Source: an uncultured Acidobacteriaceae bacterium
GTDB lineage: Bacteria > Acidobacteriota > Terriglobia > Acidiferrales > UBA7541
Length of the DNA: 64,000 nt
NCBI GenBank assembly: GCA_964594885.1
Contig: CAZQOB010000016.1
Location: 8,456-72,455, forward strand
Direction: 5' to 3'
Below the pieces are notes generated by a model, which was given only the letters and a program-made list of their open reading frames with translations, did no database searches and was not told the DNA's origin. The position numbers and the translations under genes were made by a program. Positions 25,295-35,519 of the stretch are shown here, piece after piece (the first letter of the stretch is position 1; every line of letters starts with the position of its first letter).

Positions 25295-26364
25295 TATTGA
25301 GTGCGCGGCTTTGCGGGACCCGAAATTTCGGACCGAATGGCCTCGAGGAGTTCCTGCCGCGTGACTACCGCAGTGCCGCGCTTCATTACCACCAGACCAC
25401 CGGCGATATTAGCGATCTGCGCGGCTTCCAGCGCGGATCCGCCCGACGCCAACGCCAGGGTGAAGGCCGCGAGCACCGTGTCACCGGCACCGGTCACGTC
25501 CACGGCCTGATCGCTTCCGTGCACCGGAATTTGCGTCAGTTTTTTTCCTGCGTTTTCGAAGAGCGCCATGCCGTCTTTGCCGCGAGTCACCAGAAGCGAA
25601 TCTAGCTTCATCTTCTTTAACGTCGCGCGGCCGCAGCGCGCTAATTCTCCGGTGTCCCGGCCAATTTTCGTATGGTGCAGCGCTTCGAGCTCGGCCTCGT
25701 TTGGCGTGGCAGCAGTGATGCCGCATTTGGCATAACGGTCCAGGCGATGGCGGGCATCAAGCGTTACCGCGATTTTCCGTTTGTGGAAACTGGTTGCTGC
25801 GCGAATCAACTGCGGCGATGCGACACCAAAGCCGTAGTCGGATATTGCGAGCGCGTCCGCTGAGCGCAATTTCCGCCGAAGCGTGTCGGAAACCTTGCGA
25901 AGCACTTTTTCTGACGGCGGCTGAGATGGCTCATGGTCAACGCGTAGAACTTGCTGCGCAACGGTGTGGGTCCAGCCGGCCAAGAAACGAGTTTTAGTCG
26001 GAGTCGCCCAGTCGCGGGCGCGGATGATTGTGTTTCTAGAACCCGCGACTTTATTGAAGTGGTCTGCCAAAGATGCGCCGGTTTGATCGTCTCCCACGAC
26101 GGCTACCGGAATCACCGTAGCACCCAAAGCAGCCAGGTTGTTTGCGGCGTTTGCTCCGCCGCCGGGGACCACCCGTGTCTCGCGATGTCGTAGGATCAGC
26201 ACCGGTGCTTCGCGCGAAACCCTCGAAATCTCTCCGGACTGGAACTCATCGGCGACAAAATCACCTACGAGCACGATGATTTTGCCCGCAAATCGTTCGA
26301 CGATTTCGCCGAGCGCCGCCAGGTCGGTTGACGCTTCCACTTTATTGTCCTCGCCAACGCTCAT
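25294..26364 (-). CDS. hldA: Heptose 7-phosphate kinase (RfaE domain I, PfkB family)
   Basis: RVSREAPVLIL, PGGGANAANN, SDYGFG, TPNEAE, DVTGAGDTV. Confidence 0.92.
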   Translation of the reverse strand: MSVGEDNKVEASTDLAALGEIVERFAGKIIVLVGDFVADEFQSGEISRVSREAPVLILRHRETRVVPGGGANAANNLAALGATVIPVAVVGDDQTGASLADHFNKVAGSRNTIIRARDWATPTKTRFLAGWTHTVAQQVLRVDHEPSQPPSEKVLRKVSDTLRRKLRSADALAISDYGFGVASPQLIRAATSFHKRKIAVTLDARHRLDRYAKCGITAATPNEAELEALHHTKIGRDTGELARCGRATLKKMKLDSLLVTRGKDGMALFENAGKKLTQIPVHGSDQAVDVTGAGDTVLAAFTLALASGGSALEAAQIANIAGGLVVMKRGTAVVTRQELLEAIRSEISGPAKPRTQ

Positions 26365-26438
26365 TGGTCCGCTTCCTCAAAATTCCGTCGCCGCATCTGC
26401 CAAACAGCGCGGTCAATCATACACGCGATGGGAAGTCT

Positions 26439-27482
26439 CTAGTCCCGGCTAGACGCCTGATCCAACGCCTGCATCACCGCTGCACTCACGCTTTCCGGAC
26501 CGATCGCGGTCATACAGCGGTGGTCCGTCGGACAGCGACGCAAAAAACACGGACTGCAATACGGCTTATCTTGTACAATCGTTCGCCACGGAGTCACCGG
26601 CGCTGTGCCAAACGGATCGGTCGGTCCGAAGACTGCAACCACTGGCAAGCCTACGGCTGCCGCAACATGCATCGCCCCCGAATCATTACCCAGAAATGTC
26701 GTGCAACGCGCTAGTAAAGCCGGTAGCTCAGCAATCCCAGTCTGGCCTACAAGATCAATCGCCGGAGCGCGCAGCTTTGACTGAATTGCGCTGGAGACGG
26801 CCGACTCTGCCGAAGTCCCAAATTGAATGACGTCCGCGTCGCGTTCCTGCAGCAATGCGTTCAGCGCGGCGGCAAATCGCTCCGGCGGCCAACATTTCGC
26901 GGAACCATACGAAGCTCCTGCGCCGACAGCAATGCGTGGTACTCCGGGTCGCGCCCCAGCACTCTGCAGCTTCAGTTCGGCGGCCTGAAAGCTTTCCGGT
27001 CGAACACGCAGCGAGATCTGAGGTACTTCTGGCAGCCTGTCCAGCCAGCCCACCCGCCTGATCAGTTCCAGATAGTAGTATTTTTCGTGCTCGGGAATCT
27101 CGCCGGTCGCAGGGACGCGAATCGGATTGGTCAACAGCAGCCTTCGTCCATCGCGGTTGTATCCGATTCGCTGCGGAATTCCAGCCCGCCAGGCGATCCA
27201 TGCCGCATCAAAAGCATTCTGCAGCAGCAGCGCCGATTCGAACTTCTTCGCTTTTAGTTCCGAAGCTAGGCGCTCGCGCCCGCTCACGCCGCGATGGGCA
27301 CCCTGCCGGTCGTAGACGACCAACTCGTCGGCAATACCTTGCCCGTCATAGATTTGCGCCACGTACGGCAAAGCAAGAATGGCGATGTGAGCGTCTGGGA
27401 AGCGTGCCCGGACGGCATGCAACGCCGGCAACGCCATGATGGCGTCGCCCACCCAATTCGTCGCGCGAATCAACAGCCTCAC
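26439..27482 (-). CDS. waaF: LPS heptosyltransferase II (GT9)
   Basis: ATNWVGDAIMALP, GASYGSAKCWP, NDSGAMHVAAA. Confidence 0.92.
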   Translation of the reverse strand: MRLLIRATNWVGDAIMALPALHAVRARFPDAHIAILALPYVAQIYDGQGIADELVVYDRQGAHRGVSGRERLASELKAKKFESALLLQNAFDAAWIAWRAGIPQRIGYNRDGRRLLLTNPIRVPATGEIPEHEKYYYLELIRRVGWLDRLPEVPQISLRVRPESFQAAELKLQSAGARPGVPRIAVGAGASYGSAKCWPPERFAAALNALLQERDADVIQFGTSAESAVSSAIQSKLRAPAIDLVGQTGIAELPALLARCTTFLGNDSGAMHVAAAVGLPVVAVFGPTDPFGTAPVTPWRTIVQDKPYCSPCFLRRCPTDHRCMTAIGPESVSAAVMQALDQASSRD

Positions 27483-28477
27483 GACGTCCGGCTCCGGCGT
27501 TCCTTCAGAATTCGCTCCAGCGCGGGCACAAATTCACTTTCCGAACTGAACACGAGGTCGATTACTGCAACAAAAACCGGCAGCGCAAAGTTCACGCCGC
27601 GTAGATTTTCTTCGTCCTTCTCGGTCGTCACCAGTGCCTGGGCTCCGGCTTTCCCTGCGTTCCGCTCCAGTCGAGCAGCATCCGCCGGCGTATAGCGGTG
27701 ATGGTCCCGGAAGAACTGCGTTCCCGCCAGCGGTACATGCCAGCGCTCCAAATCATTTCGAAATCCATCCGGATTCCCAATTCCGCAAAATGCGAAAAAT
27801 GACCCGGGTACGATCTCGCTCAGGTAGATTGGCGGGGCCGAATCGGCAAGTTTTCGAAAGCCGAGGAGACGGGTTTGCGCATAAAACAGCTGATGCTCAT
27901 GGGAGTCGTTGGCCTCGAGAGGCGGCCGTTCGAATTTTCGCGTGACTACCAGCAAATCGGATCGTCGGCAACCGCTGATCGGTTCGCGCAGAGTGCCGGC
28001 TGGCACCAGCCATTCGTCTTGCAGCCGCTTGGAGCCATCCAACATGACAATATCCACGTTGCGCGCGAGTTTCAGGTGCTGAAAGCCGTCATCCAGCAGG
28101 AATACATCCACAGGCTCGCACACCTCGAGCCTGCGGCCTTCAGAGTACCGATCTGCGCCCACTCCGAACCGTACCCGGCCATCCAAACGCCGCTTCAGGA
28201 GATTCACTTCGTCGCTGCTTTTTCCTGAGCCTCGGTAGCCCCTGCTTAAAATCGCGACCCGCTTGCCTTCCGCGAGGAATTTTTCCGCAAGCCACATCAC
28301 CATGGGCGTCTTGCCAGTTCCGCCGAGCGTCAAGTTTCCCACGCTGATCACTGTGCCGTTCAGGCGCTTCCGCGAAAGAATTCCGCTGGTGTACAAGATT
28401 GTCTTAGAACGGACCAAGAAGCCATAAATCCACGACAAAGGAAGGAGAAGGATGCGGATCGGCAACGGCCACCTCAT
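27479..28477 (-). CDS. lpxK: Tetraacyldisaccharide 4'-kinase
   Basis: VISVGNLTLGGTGKTP, ILSRGY, LLDDGFQH, PAGTLRE, TTEKD. Confidence 0.96.
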   Translation of the reverse strand: MRWPLPIRILLLPLSWIYGFLVRSKTILYTSGILSRKRLNGTVISVGNLTLGGTGKTPMVMWLAEKFLAEGKRVAILSRGYRGSGKSSDEVNLLKRRLDGRVRFGVGADRYSEGRRLEVCEPVDVFLLDDGFQHLKLARNVDIVMLDGSKRLQDEWLVPAGTLREPISGCRRSDLLVVTRKFERPPLEANDSHEHQLFYAQTRLLGFRKLADSAPPIYLSEIVPGSFFAFCGIGNPDGFRNDLERWHVPLAGTQFFRDHHRYTPADAARLERNAGKAGAQALVTTEKDEENLRGVNFALPVFVAVIDLVFSSESEFVPALERILKERRSRTS

Positions 28478-29845
28478 TCAACTCCGCGTTCCTTCCTGTT
28501 CCAGGATCCCCAGGATCGTTTCTACTGCGCGGTCCGTCGCGCCACGGCTCTCTTCCACCAGCCGCCGGGCGGCTTCGCCCATTTTCTGGTTGCGGTCCGG
28601 ATTGCGAAGCAACTCAATCCACGCGACTCCGGCATCCTCCGGGCTCCCTACTTGCAGCGCTGCGTTCTCTCCGAGAAACCGTCGCGCGATTTCAGAAAAG
28701 TTTTCCATGGACTCGCCAAAGACCGGCACTTTTCCAAACGCCGCCGGCTCCAGAATGTTGTGCCCCCCTGACGGCACTAAGGATCCGCCGACGAAGACGC
28801 CATCCGCCAAGCGGTAGAGAGAAGCCAGTTCTCCAATGCTGTCCAGCAGAAGCACGCCGACGCCGTCGCCGATGCCAGTCAGACTGCCGTTTGGCGTCTG
28901 ACCTGAGGGCGTAGGAACTCGCAGATCCGACCGCTTCACCCATTTCTGGTGCGAATCCTCGATAAATTGCGCTGCGGCTTCAAAGCGCTCGGGCTTGCGT
29001 GGCGCCAGTACCAGCAGCGCCTTGCGGAATTCGCCTTGCGCCACACCGAACGCGATCAGGGCCAGCGGCTCTTCGGTTGCCACTACGCTTCCAGCCACGA
29101 TGAGCGGCCGTCGGCCAGCCCGGCCGACCTCCTGCTCCAGCCACTTGGCCAGAGGAGATGTTTCCGGCAACTCCGAATCGTATTTCAGATTTCCTCCGAC
29201 GTGCACTTTTTCCGCCGGGGCGCCTAACTGCCTGACGCGCTCAGCGTCGCGCTCGCTTTGCATCCAGAAGCCAAAGGCTCGCCCCAGCGCATCCTTCCAA
29301 AAAGGCCGCAGAAAGAAGCCCGCTACACGGAGCCAGGATTGCGATCGCGCAAAAGACCGGTCCGAAATCCGCCCGCTAACAAAAATCACTGGCACACCGC
29401 GCCGTGAAGCTTCGCGCAGGAAGTTCGGCCAGAGCTCGGTTTCCAGTACGATCACCAGGGCCGGACGTACCGCAGTTAATGCCCGTTTGACGCACAAGGT
29501 CCAGTCCAATGGAAAGTAGATCACCGCGTCCGCGAACGGCATGCGTTCTTTCGCCAGGGCCTGCCCGGTGATGGTGGTCGTTGAAACCACCAGCCGCCGT
29601 TCCGGAAACTGCTCTCTGAGCCGTTTGGCAAGCGTCAGCCCCGACAGAACTTCTCCGACCGAGACGGCATGGAGCCAGATCGCTCCCCGCCCTTCAGCTG
29701 GCAACTTTTCCAGCGCTGGAAAAGAGAATCCCAGCCGCTTACCAAGATTGGAAAGGTATTTTTTGTGGCGAATGCCCTGGATCAGCCAATACGGCGTCAA
29801 CAAGATTGCAGCGAGCCCCATCAGCAGGCTGTAAACGAGATACAC
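28478..29845 (-). CDS. waaA: Kdo transferase
   Basis: IWLHAVSVGE, PLD, ETELWPN, GNLKYD, DSIGEL, FVGGSLVPSGGHNILEPA. GTG start inferred. Confidence 0.96.
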   Translation of the reverse strand: MYLVYSLLMGLAAILLTPYWLIQGIRHKKYLSNLGKRLGFSFPALEKLPAEGRGAIWLHAVSVGEVLSGLTLAKRLREQFPERRLVVSTTTITGQALAKERMPFADAVIYFPLDWTLCVKRALTAVRPALVIVLETELWPNFLREASRRGVPVIFVSGRISDRSFARSQSWLRVAGFFLRPFWKDALGRAFGFWMQSERDAERVRQLGAPAEKVHVGGNLKYDSELPETSPLAKWLEQEVGRAGRRPLIVAGSVVATEEPLALIAFGVAQGEFRKALLVLAPRKPERFEAAAQFIEDSHQKWVKRSDLRVPTPSGQTPNGSLTGIGDGVGVLLLDSIGELASLYRLADGVFVGGSLVPSGGHNILEPAAFGKVPVFGESMENFSEIARRFLGENAALQVGSPEDAGVAWIELLRNPDRNQKMGEAARRLVEESRGATDRAVETILGILEQEGTRS

Positions 29846-29942
29846 TCCGCAAGGCTCCGGTCTGATCCACTGGGCGCAGGGCAACCCTGCACATTCCCAA
29901 GGAATCGAAGGCGTCGAGATGCAAAAAGCTTATTATAACCGC

Positions 29943-30620
29943 ATGAAGAATGCCCGCATCGTGCCGCTGACTCTTGTCGTGCCGCTGGCCTTCTCCGTGG
30001 CCGCGTTGTTGTATGGTACGCCGCCCCCAACGCTGCGCGCGGCGCAATCCAGATCCACCGAGCCGCTGACTGCGGCCGCGCTCGACTCGCACGAAGGGCT
30101 AACCATCGCCGCCGATCCGTGGCTCTCGGCAGACCGCTACAAACCGGCATTCCCAAAGAAGACGCCTTTCGGCTCCGGCGTTGTGGCGATCACGATGACT
30201 TTTCGCAACGATTCCGACGGGAGCATCCGCATCGCCATCGAACGCATTCGGCTGAACATCAATTTTGGTGACGACAATCGGCAGGAGCTTCCGCCCCTCA
30301 GTTCCGATGAGCTCACGGACACCGTCCTGCACCCAAAAATCAAAGCCAATAAGCCGCGCCTGCCTCTGCCCTTGCCTTCTTCGACCGGCGGCCGCGACAA
30401 GAACTGGCAGGAGTACAAGAAACTCGCGGAGGATGCGGGATTGCACGACGCGGTCGTCGCTCCGCATGGCACCGTGGCAGGACTTCTCTATTTCGACCTC
30501 CAAGGCCAGTTCGACTTGCTTCAGAACGCCCGCCTTTACATCCCCGATCTCACATCTTTGGAAAGAAATCGCAATTTGATGTACTTCGACATTGACCTAA
30601 GCCGGCCCGCGTCGAAATAA
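29943..30620 (+). CDS. Exported hypothetical protein
   Basis: N-terminal hydrophobic segment; VVAPHGTVAGLLYFD; fills the gap between waaA and pcrA. Confidence 0.75.
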   Translation: MKNARIVPLTLVVPLAFSVAALLYGTPPPTLRAAQSRSTEPLTAAALDSHEGLTIAADPWLSADRYKPAFPKKTPFGSGVVAITMTFRNDSDGSIRIAIERIRLNINFGDDNRQELPPLSSDELTDTVLHPKIKANKPRLPLPLPSSTGGRDKNWQEYKKLAEDAGLHDAVVAPHGTVAGLLYFDLQGQFDLLQNARLYIPDLTSLERNRNLMYFDIDLSRPASK

Positions 30621-30717
30621 TGATGGATCGCAAGATCCGGTCATTGCCTTACGTAATTTGCGCCGCTTGTCTCCCTCCGTTAACATTGCTTCATCACAAT
30701 TTTCTTTCTCGCAAACA

Positions 30718-32979
30718 ATGCAAAACCTTCTTGACGGTCTCAATCCCGAACAACGCCTTGCCGCCGAAACGACCGAGGGGCCGGTGCTCATCCTGGCCGG
30801 CGCGGGAACCGGCAAGACACGTGCTGTCACCTACCGGATGGCGAATCTGATCGCGCGCGGCACGCCAGCAGAATCCATTCTCGCAGTGACATTCACCAAC
30901 AAAGCCGCCGAAGAAATGCAAAACAGGGTGACCAATCTCTTGTTGAAAGCGGGAGTGCCGCCCGAGAGGCCGTGGCTCTCGACGTTTCATTCATTGTGTG
31001 CGCGTCTGTTGCGCCGAGAGCCCGCCGCGGCCGGCCTGCCTTCGAACTTTTCCATCTTTGACGACACGGACCAGCTTTCCGCAATCAAGCTGGCAATGGC
31101 AGCGCTGAAAATTGAGGGCGACGATCTGCAACCTCGCAACGTGCTAAGCCGCATCAGCTACGCGAAGAATCACGCGCAAACCCCGGAACAGATGCGGCGA
31201 GAAGCGTTTTCACCGGACGGCCGGCAGACCGCCGACATTTTCGCCCAGTACCAGAAGATCCTGGCCCAGAGCCGGGCCCTGGATTTTGACGATCTGCTGT
31301 TGCGTTCGGCAAATCTCCTACGCGCATCCCCAGCGGTACGCGAAAAGTGGCAGGGCCGCTTTCGCTACATTCACGTGGACGAATACCAGGACACAAACCG
31401 TGTTCAGTACGACCTGCTGCGCCTGCTGGTCGGTGCACATCACAACATTTGCGTGGTCGGCGACGAAGATCAGTCCATCTACCGCTGGCGCGGGGCGGAT
31501 GTGAGCATTCTGCTCAGCTTTGCCCGCGATTTTCCGGAAGCCAGAGTCATCCGCTTGGAGCGCAACTACCGCTCAACCCAAAGTATTCTGGACGCGGCGG
31601 GAGCGGTGGTCAAAAACAACACCGACCGTCTCGGCAAAACGTTGCGTGCCGAGCAGCCGGCCGGGACGAATCTTCGCTACTTTGAGGCCCGTGACGCACA
31701 GGCGGAGGCGGAATTTGTCGCTGGCGAATTGCAAAACCTTCTGGACGACGACCCTGACCAGACCTTCGCGGTTGAATACCGAACGAACTTCCAATCGCGG
31801 GCCTTCGAGGAAGTCTTCCGGCGCCGTGGCATCCGCTACAAGCTCGTTGGCGGTTTCAGCTTTTACAAACGAGCCGAAGTGCAAGATGCGCTGGCTTATG
31901 TGCGGCTGGCCATGCACCCGGAAGACGATATCGCGATTCTGCGGGTACTGAATGTGCCGCCGCGCGGCATTGGTAAGACGACTCTGGAAGCGCTGCGGGA
32001 CTTCGCGCAAAGAAATGACACGTCACTCTGGGCGGCGATCGAGGATACGGTGACCTCCTCCGATACCGGCCGCGCCGTCGCTCCGGTGCGGGCCTTCCTG
32101 GACCTGATTTCGCGGATCCAGTCCGCCCTAAACGAAAAAGAGCCCGCCGACTTTATCCATTTCGTTCTCGAAGAGACGGGCTACATGGACCTGTTGAAGG
32201 ACCGGAACGCGCCGGAGGACGTAGCGCGCATTGAGAACTTGCAGGAATTGGTGCGAGCGGTGGCCGAAAGCACCGACTCCGGCGAGTCGTTCACAGATTT
32301 TCTGGACGCCGCCGCCCTGGTCAGCGATGCCGATGCCTACGAAGGCAAACCTGGCGTCACGCTGATTACGCTGCATAGCACCAAGGGTCTCGAGTTCGAT
32401 CACGTTTTTCTAACTGGCCTGGAAGAGGGCATCTGCCCGCACAACCGGTCGGTCAACGAAGAAAAAGGCGTGGAGGAAGAGCGGCGGCTCGTGTATGTAG
32501 GGATGACCAGAGCACGAAAAAGTCTTACTCTGACGCGGGCTGTCTATCGGCGGATCTTTGGCAACGAACAACAGCTTCGGGCCTCGGAGCCCTCGCGCTT
32601 CCTGGCCGAAGTTCCGAGCGAGCTGGTGGATACGGTGCGCGGCTCCATGGCCGAAATCGGCGAAAGTCGCCGTTACGAGCCGGATCCCGAATACTCCTAT
32701 TCCGCAGACGAAGTCCGGCGCCGCGTTCGTCGTGGAGCGACTCCGGCGGTTCGCCAGCCGTTCCGGGGGACGAATGCTTCAAGCTTTAACCGATCGGCAG
32801 CCCGGCGCGGCGGTGATACCAACCCTTTGCTGGGCCGTAGGGTTCGCCATCCGGAGTTCGGCGTCGGCACCATCGTCGCCGTCGAAGGCGACGAAGACGA
32901 CCGGCGCCTTTCCGTCACCTTTCCCGGGCGCGGAACCAAAAAGTTCGTCGAACGCTACGCGCAACTGCAACCGGCGTAG
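30718..32979 (+). CDS. pcrA: UvrD/PcrA DNA helicase
   Basis: AGAGTGKT, TFTNKAA, VDEYQDTN, GDEDQSIYRWRGA, KGLEF, EEERRLVYVGMTRA, C-terminal VRHPEFGVG. Confidence 0.96.
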   Translation: MQNLLDGLNPEQRLAAETTEGPVLILAGAGTGKTRAVTYRMANLIARGTPAESILAVTFTNKAAEEMQNRVTNLLLKAGVPPERPWLSTFHSLCARLLRREPAAAGLPSNFSIFDDTDQLSAIKLAMAALKIEGDDLQPRNVLSRISYAKNHAQTPEQMRREAFSPDGRQTADIFAQYQKILAQSRALDFDDLLLRSANLLRASPAVREKWQGRFRYIHVDEYQDTNRVQYDLLRLLVGAHHNICVVGDEDQSIYRWRGADVSILLSFARDFPEARVIRLERNYRSTQSILDAAGAVVKNNTDRLGKTLRAEQPAGTNLRYFEARDAQAEAEFVAGELQNLLDDDPDQTFAVEYRTNFQSRAFEEVFRRRGIRYKLVGGFSFYKRAEVQDALAYVRLAMHPEDDIAILRVLNVPPRGIGKTTLEALRDFAQRNDTSLWAAIEDTVTSSDTGRAVAPVRAFLDLISRIQSALNEKEPADFIHFVLEETGYMDLLKDRNAPEDVARIENLQELVRAVAESTDSGESFTDFLDAAALVSDADAYEGKPGVTLITLHSTKGLEFDHVFLTGLEEGICPHNRSVNEEKGVEEERRLVYVGMTRARKSLTLTRAVYRRIFGNEQQLRASEPSRFLAEVPSELVDTVRGSMAEIGESRRYEPDPEYSYSADEVRRRVRRGATPAVRQPFRGTNASSFNRSAARRGGDTNPLLGRRVRHPEFGVGTIVAVEGDEDDRRLSVTFPGRGTKKFVERYAQLQPA

Positions 32980-33082
32980 TCTATCCGCATGGACTGACTC
33001 CCCCTAAGTTGCGCGCCGTCGCCGCACGCGATAGAGTGTGTCACGAACTTCTTTGGCTCACTAACGCTCCCGGAGACGCTGA

Positions 33083-34618
33083 GTGGCATCACTCCTCTTC
33101 CGCCGCAAGAATATTGACCAACTGATTTCTGATTGCGAAGGTGCTGAACTCCGGCTGAAAAAGTCCCTGGGTTGGATTAGCCTGACGTCTCTCGGTATCG
33201 GCGCGGTGATCGGGTCCGGCATATTCACCATCGTCGGCACTGCGATCGCCGGCCAGGAGTTCCAGACCTCCTCCATCTTAAATGCACCGCTCCTGGAATA
33301 CTTGTTGCATCATTCCGCTTCGTTTGGCCGGCCGGGTGCCGGACCCGCGATCGCGCTTTCATTCCTGCTGGTCGCCATCGTGTGCGGCTTTGCATCTGTT
33401 TGTTACGCCGAGCTCGCCGCGATGATCCCCATTGCCGGCAGTGCCTACACCTACACCTACGCCACAATGGGCGAGCTCATCGCCTGGATTATCGGGTGGG
33501 ACCTGATTCTGGAATACGCCGTGAGCAATATGGCCGTGAGCGTCGGATTTTCGCAACATATCGTGAATTTGCTGGATTGGTTCGGCTTGCATCCCAATCC
33601 GCGCTGGATCTCACCCGCGTACTTGCCGAGTGGCCTGAGCGACCTGCAAGGCAACATGATTTACGGCCCGGGCTGGCACTTCGGCTTCAACTGGCCGGCA
33701 TTCATCATCGTCATGATTCTCACGGTTATTCTGGTGCGCGGCATTCGCGAGTCGGCGGAAACCAACAACGTGATGGTGTTCCTGAAAATCGTTGCGATTC
33801 TGGCGTTCGTCACTTTCGCCTCGCGCTTCATTCATCCAGCGAACTGGCATCCCTTTTCGCCCAACGGCTGGCCCGGTGTTTTGACTGGCGGCTCGATTGT
33901 CTTTTTCACTTATATCGGCTTTGATTCGGTTTCGACGGCTGCGGAAGAATGCAAGAGCCCGCAGCGCGACTTGCCGCGCGGCATCATCGCCACGCTGATA
34001 GTTTGCACATTGCTGTACATCGCCGTGGTCGTGGTTCTAACTGGGCTGGTCCCCTGGCATACTTTGCGCGACGACGCGGCGCCCGTAGTCAACACGCTGA
34101 AACATTTCGACGCGTCCACGCTGCGGCTGGTTGTTCTGATTGGCGCGCTGATGGGCATGATCTCTTCTCTGCTGGTTTTTCAGATCGGCCAGGCCCGCGT
34201 GTGGTTCGCGATGTCGCGCGACGGCCTCTTTCCTAAGATTTTCAGTCGTATCCATCGCAGCTATCTGACTCCCGATTTTTCTACCTGGGTGGCCGGCTTC
34301 GTCGTGGGGATCCCAGCCGGCTTGCTCGACATCGGCACCTTCGCCGATCTCTCCAATATCGGAACGCTCTTCGCTTTCGCCCTGGTCGCAGGTGGCGTTT
34401 TGATCCTGCGCTACCGCGAGCCTGAACGTCACCGCGCGTTTCGTGCGCCCGGCGGCCCCATCGCTCCAATCATCACCATTCTCACTTGCATCCTTTTGAT
34501 GGCGGGATTGCCCATCATGAACTGGATCCGCTTCTTTGTGTGGCTGGCCATCGGACTTGTGATTTACTTTTCTTACAGCCGCAAGCGCAGCACCCTGGGG
34601 TTGCAAGCTTCTAAGTGA
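33083..34618 (+). CDS. APC-family amino acid permease
   Basis: GIGAVIGSGIF, CYAELAAMIPIAGSAYTY, IGFDSVSTAAEE. Confidence 0.95.
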   Translation: MASLLFRRKNIDQLISDCEGAELRLKKSLGWISLTSLGIGAVIGSGIFTIVGTAIAGQEFQTSSILNAPLLEYLLHHSASFGRPGAGPAIALSFLLVAIVCGFASVCYAELAAMIPIAGSAYTYTYATMGELIAWIIGWDLILEYAVSNMAVSVGFSQHIVNLLDWFGLHPNPRWISPAYLPSGLSDLQGNMIYGPGWHFGFNWPAFIIVMILTVILVRGIRESAETNNVMVFLKIVAILAFVTFASRFIHPANWHPFSPNGWPGVLTGGSIVFFTYIGFDSVSTAAEECKSPQRDLPRGIIATLIVCTLLYIAVVVVLTGLVPWHTLRDDAAPVVNTLKHFDASTLRLVVLIGALMGMISSLLVFQIGQARVWFAMSRDGLFPKIFSRIHRSYLTPDFSTWVAGFVVGIPAGLLDIGTFADLSNIGTLFAFALVAGGVLILRYREPERHRAFRAPGGPIAPIITILTCILLMAGLPIMNWIRFFVWLAIGLVIYFSYSRKRSTLGLQASK

Positions 34619-34636
34619 TTTCGAGGCCGCGCCTTT

Positions 34637-35476
34637 ATGTTCCGTCGAGTCCAACTTTGCGCCGTTTTCGGACTTGCCCTGGGCCTTGCTCTGGCACCTC
34701 AGCCAGCGCGCGCCTGGGGCCGAAACGCCAACCGGTTGATTCTGAACCGCGCGATTGACACCCTGCCGCCGGAGCTACGCCAATTCTTCGATGCCAATCG
34801 CGCCATCCTGCTCAAGCATGTTAATGATCCCTTTGAAAACGTTGGGAAGCCAAACGGCGACCATAAGAATCAGTTTCTTTATCTGGAAAAATATGGCCGG
34901 TTTCCGTTCGACGCGCTCCCGCGCAGTTACCGGGCCGCGGTGGCCAAATTCGGAAAATCCAAGTTGGAATCGAACGGTCTCTTACCGTGGCAAATCGGCG
35001 TTTACAGTCAAAAACTGACCGAGGCCATGCAGGAAGGAAAGTGGGAAGAAGCGAAACTGAACGCGGCGATCCTGGCTAACTATGTGGCCGCCGCACATGA
35101 TCCGTTCAATACCACCGACAATTTTGACGGTCACTTGAGCGGGCAAAGCGGAGCAAACGATCGCTTTGGAACGATTCTGATCGACCGCTACTCTTCTTTC
35201 TTCTTCATGCGGCCCAACGATGCTGTCTTCATTGCTGACCCCACCGACCACGCCTTCGACGCGTGCCTCAGCGCGCATAGCTGGCTGGAGTCGATCTTGC
35301 TAGCTGACCGCGATTCCCGCCGCGGCCTGAATTCCTACACCGACGAGTATTACGATCACTTCTACAATCAGTCCGGTGCGGTTCTGATTCGCCAGATTTC
35401 CGACGCTGCCACCGACGTAGGTTCATTCTGGTTCACGGCGTGGAAAAACGCCGGCCAGCCGCAGTTGCCCCGTTAG
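34637..35476 (+). CDS. Secreted S1/P1 nuclease / zinc phospholipase C-like protein
   Basis: Signal peptide ending ARA then mature WG; GLLPWQI; YVAAAHDPFNTTDNFDG; C-terminal FWFTAW. Confidence 0.7.
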   Translation: MFRRVQLCAVFGLALGLALAPQPARAWGRNANRLILNRAIDTLPPELRQFFDANRAILLKHVNDPFENVGKPNGDHKNQFLYLEKYGRFPFDALPRSYRAAVAKFGKSKLESNGLLPWQIGVYSQKLTEAMQEGKWEEAKLNAAILANYVAAAHDPFNTTDNFDGHLSGQSGANDRFGTILIDRYSSFFFMRPNDAVFIADPTDHAFDACLSAHSWLESILLADRDSRRGLNSYTDEYYDHFYNQSGAVLIRQISDAATDVGSFWFTAWKNAGQPQLPR

Positions 35477-35519
35477 TCGTGCTCTCTAAGCACGCCTTCT
35501 GCCCTGCTAAACTGATTGG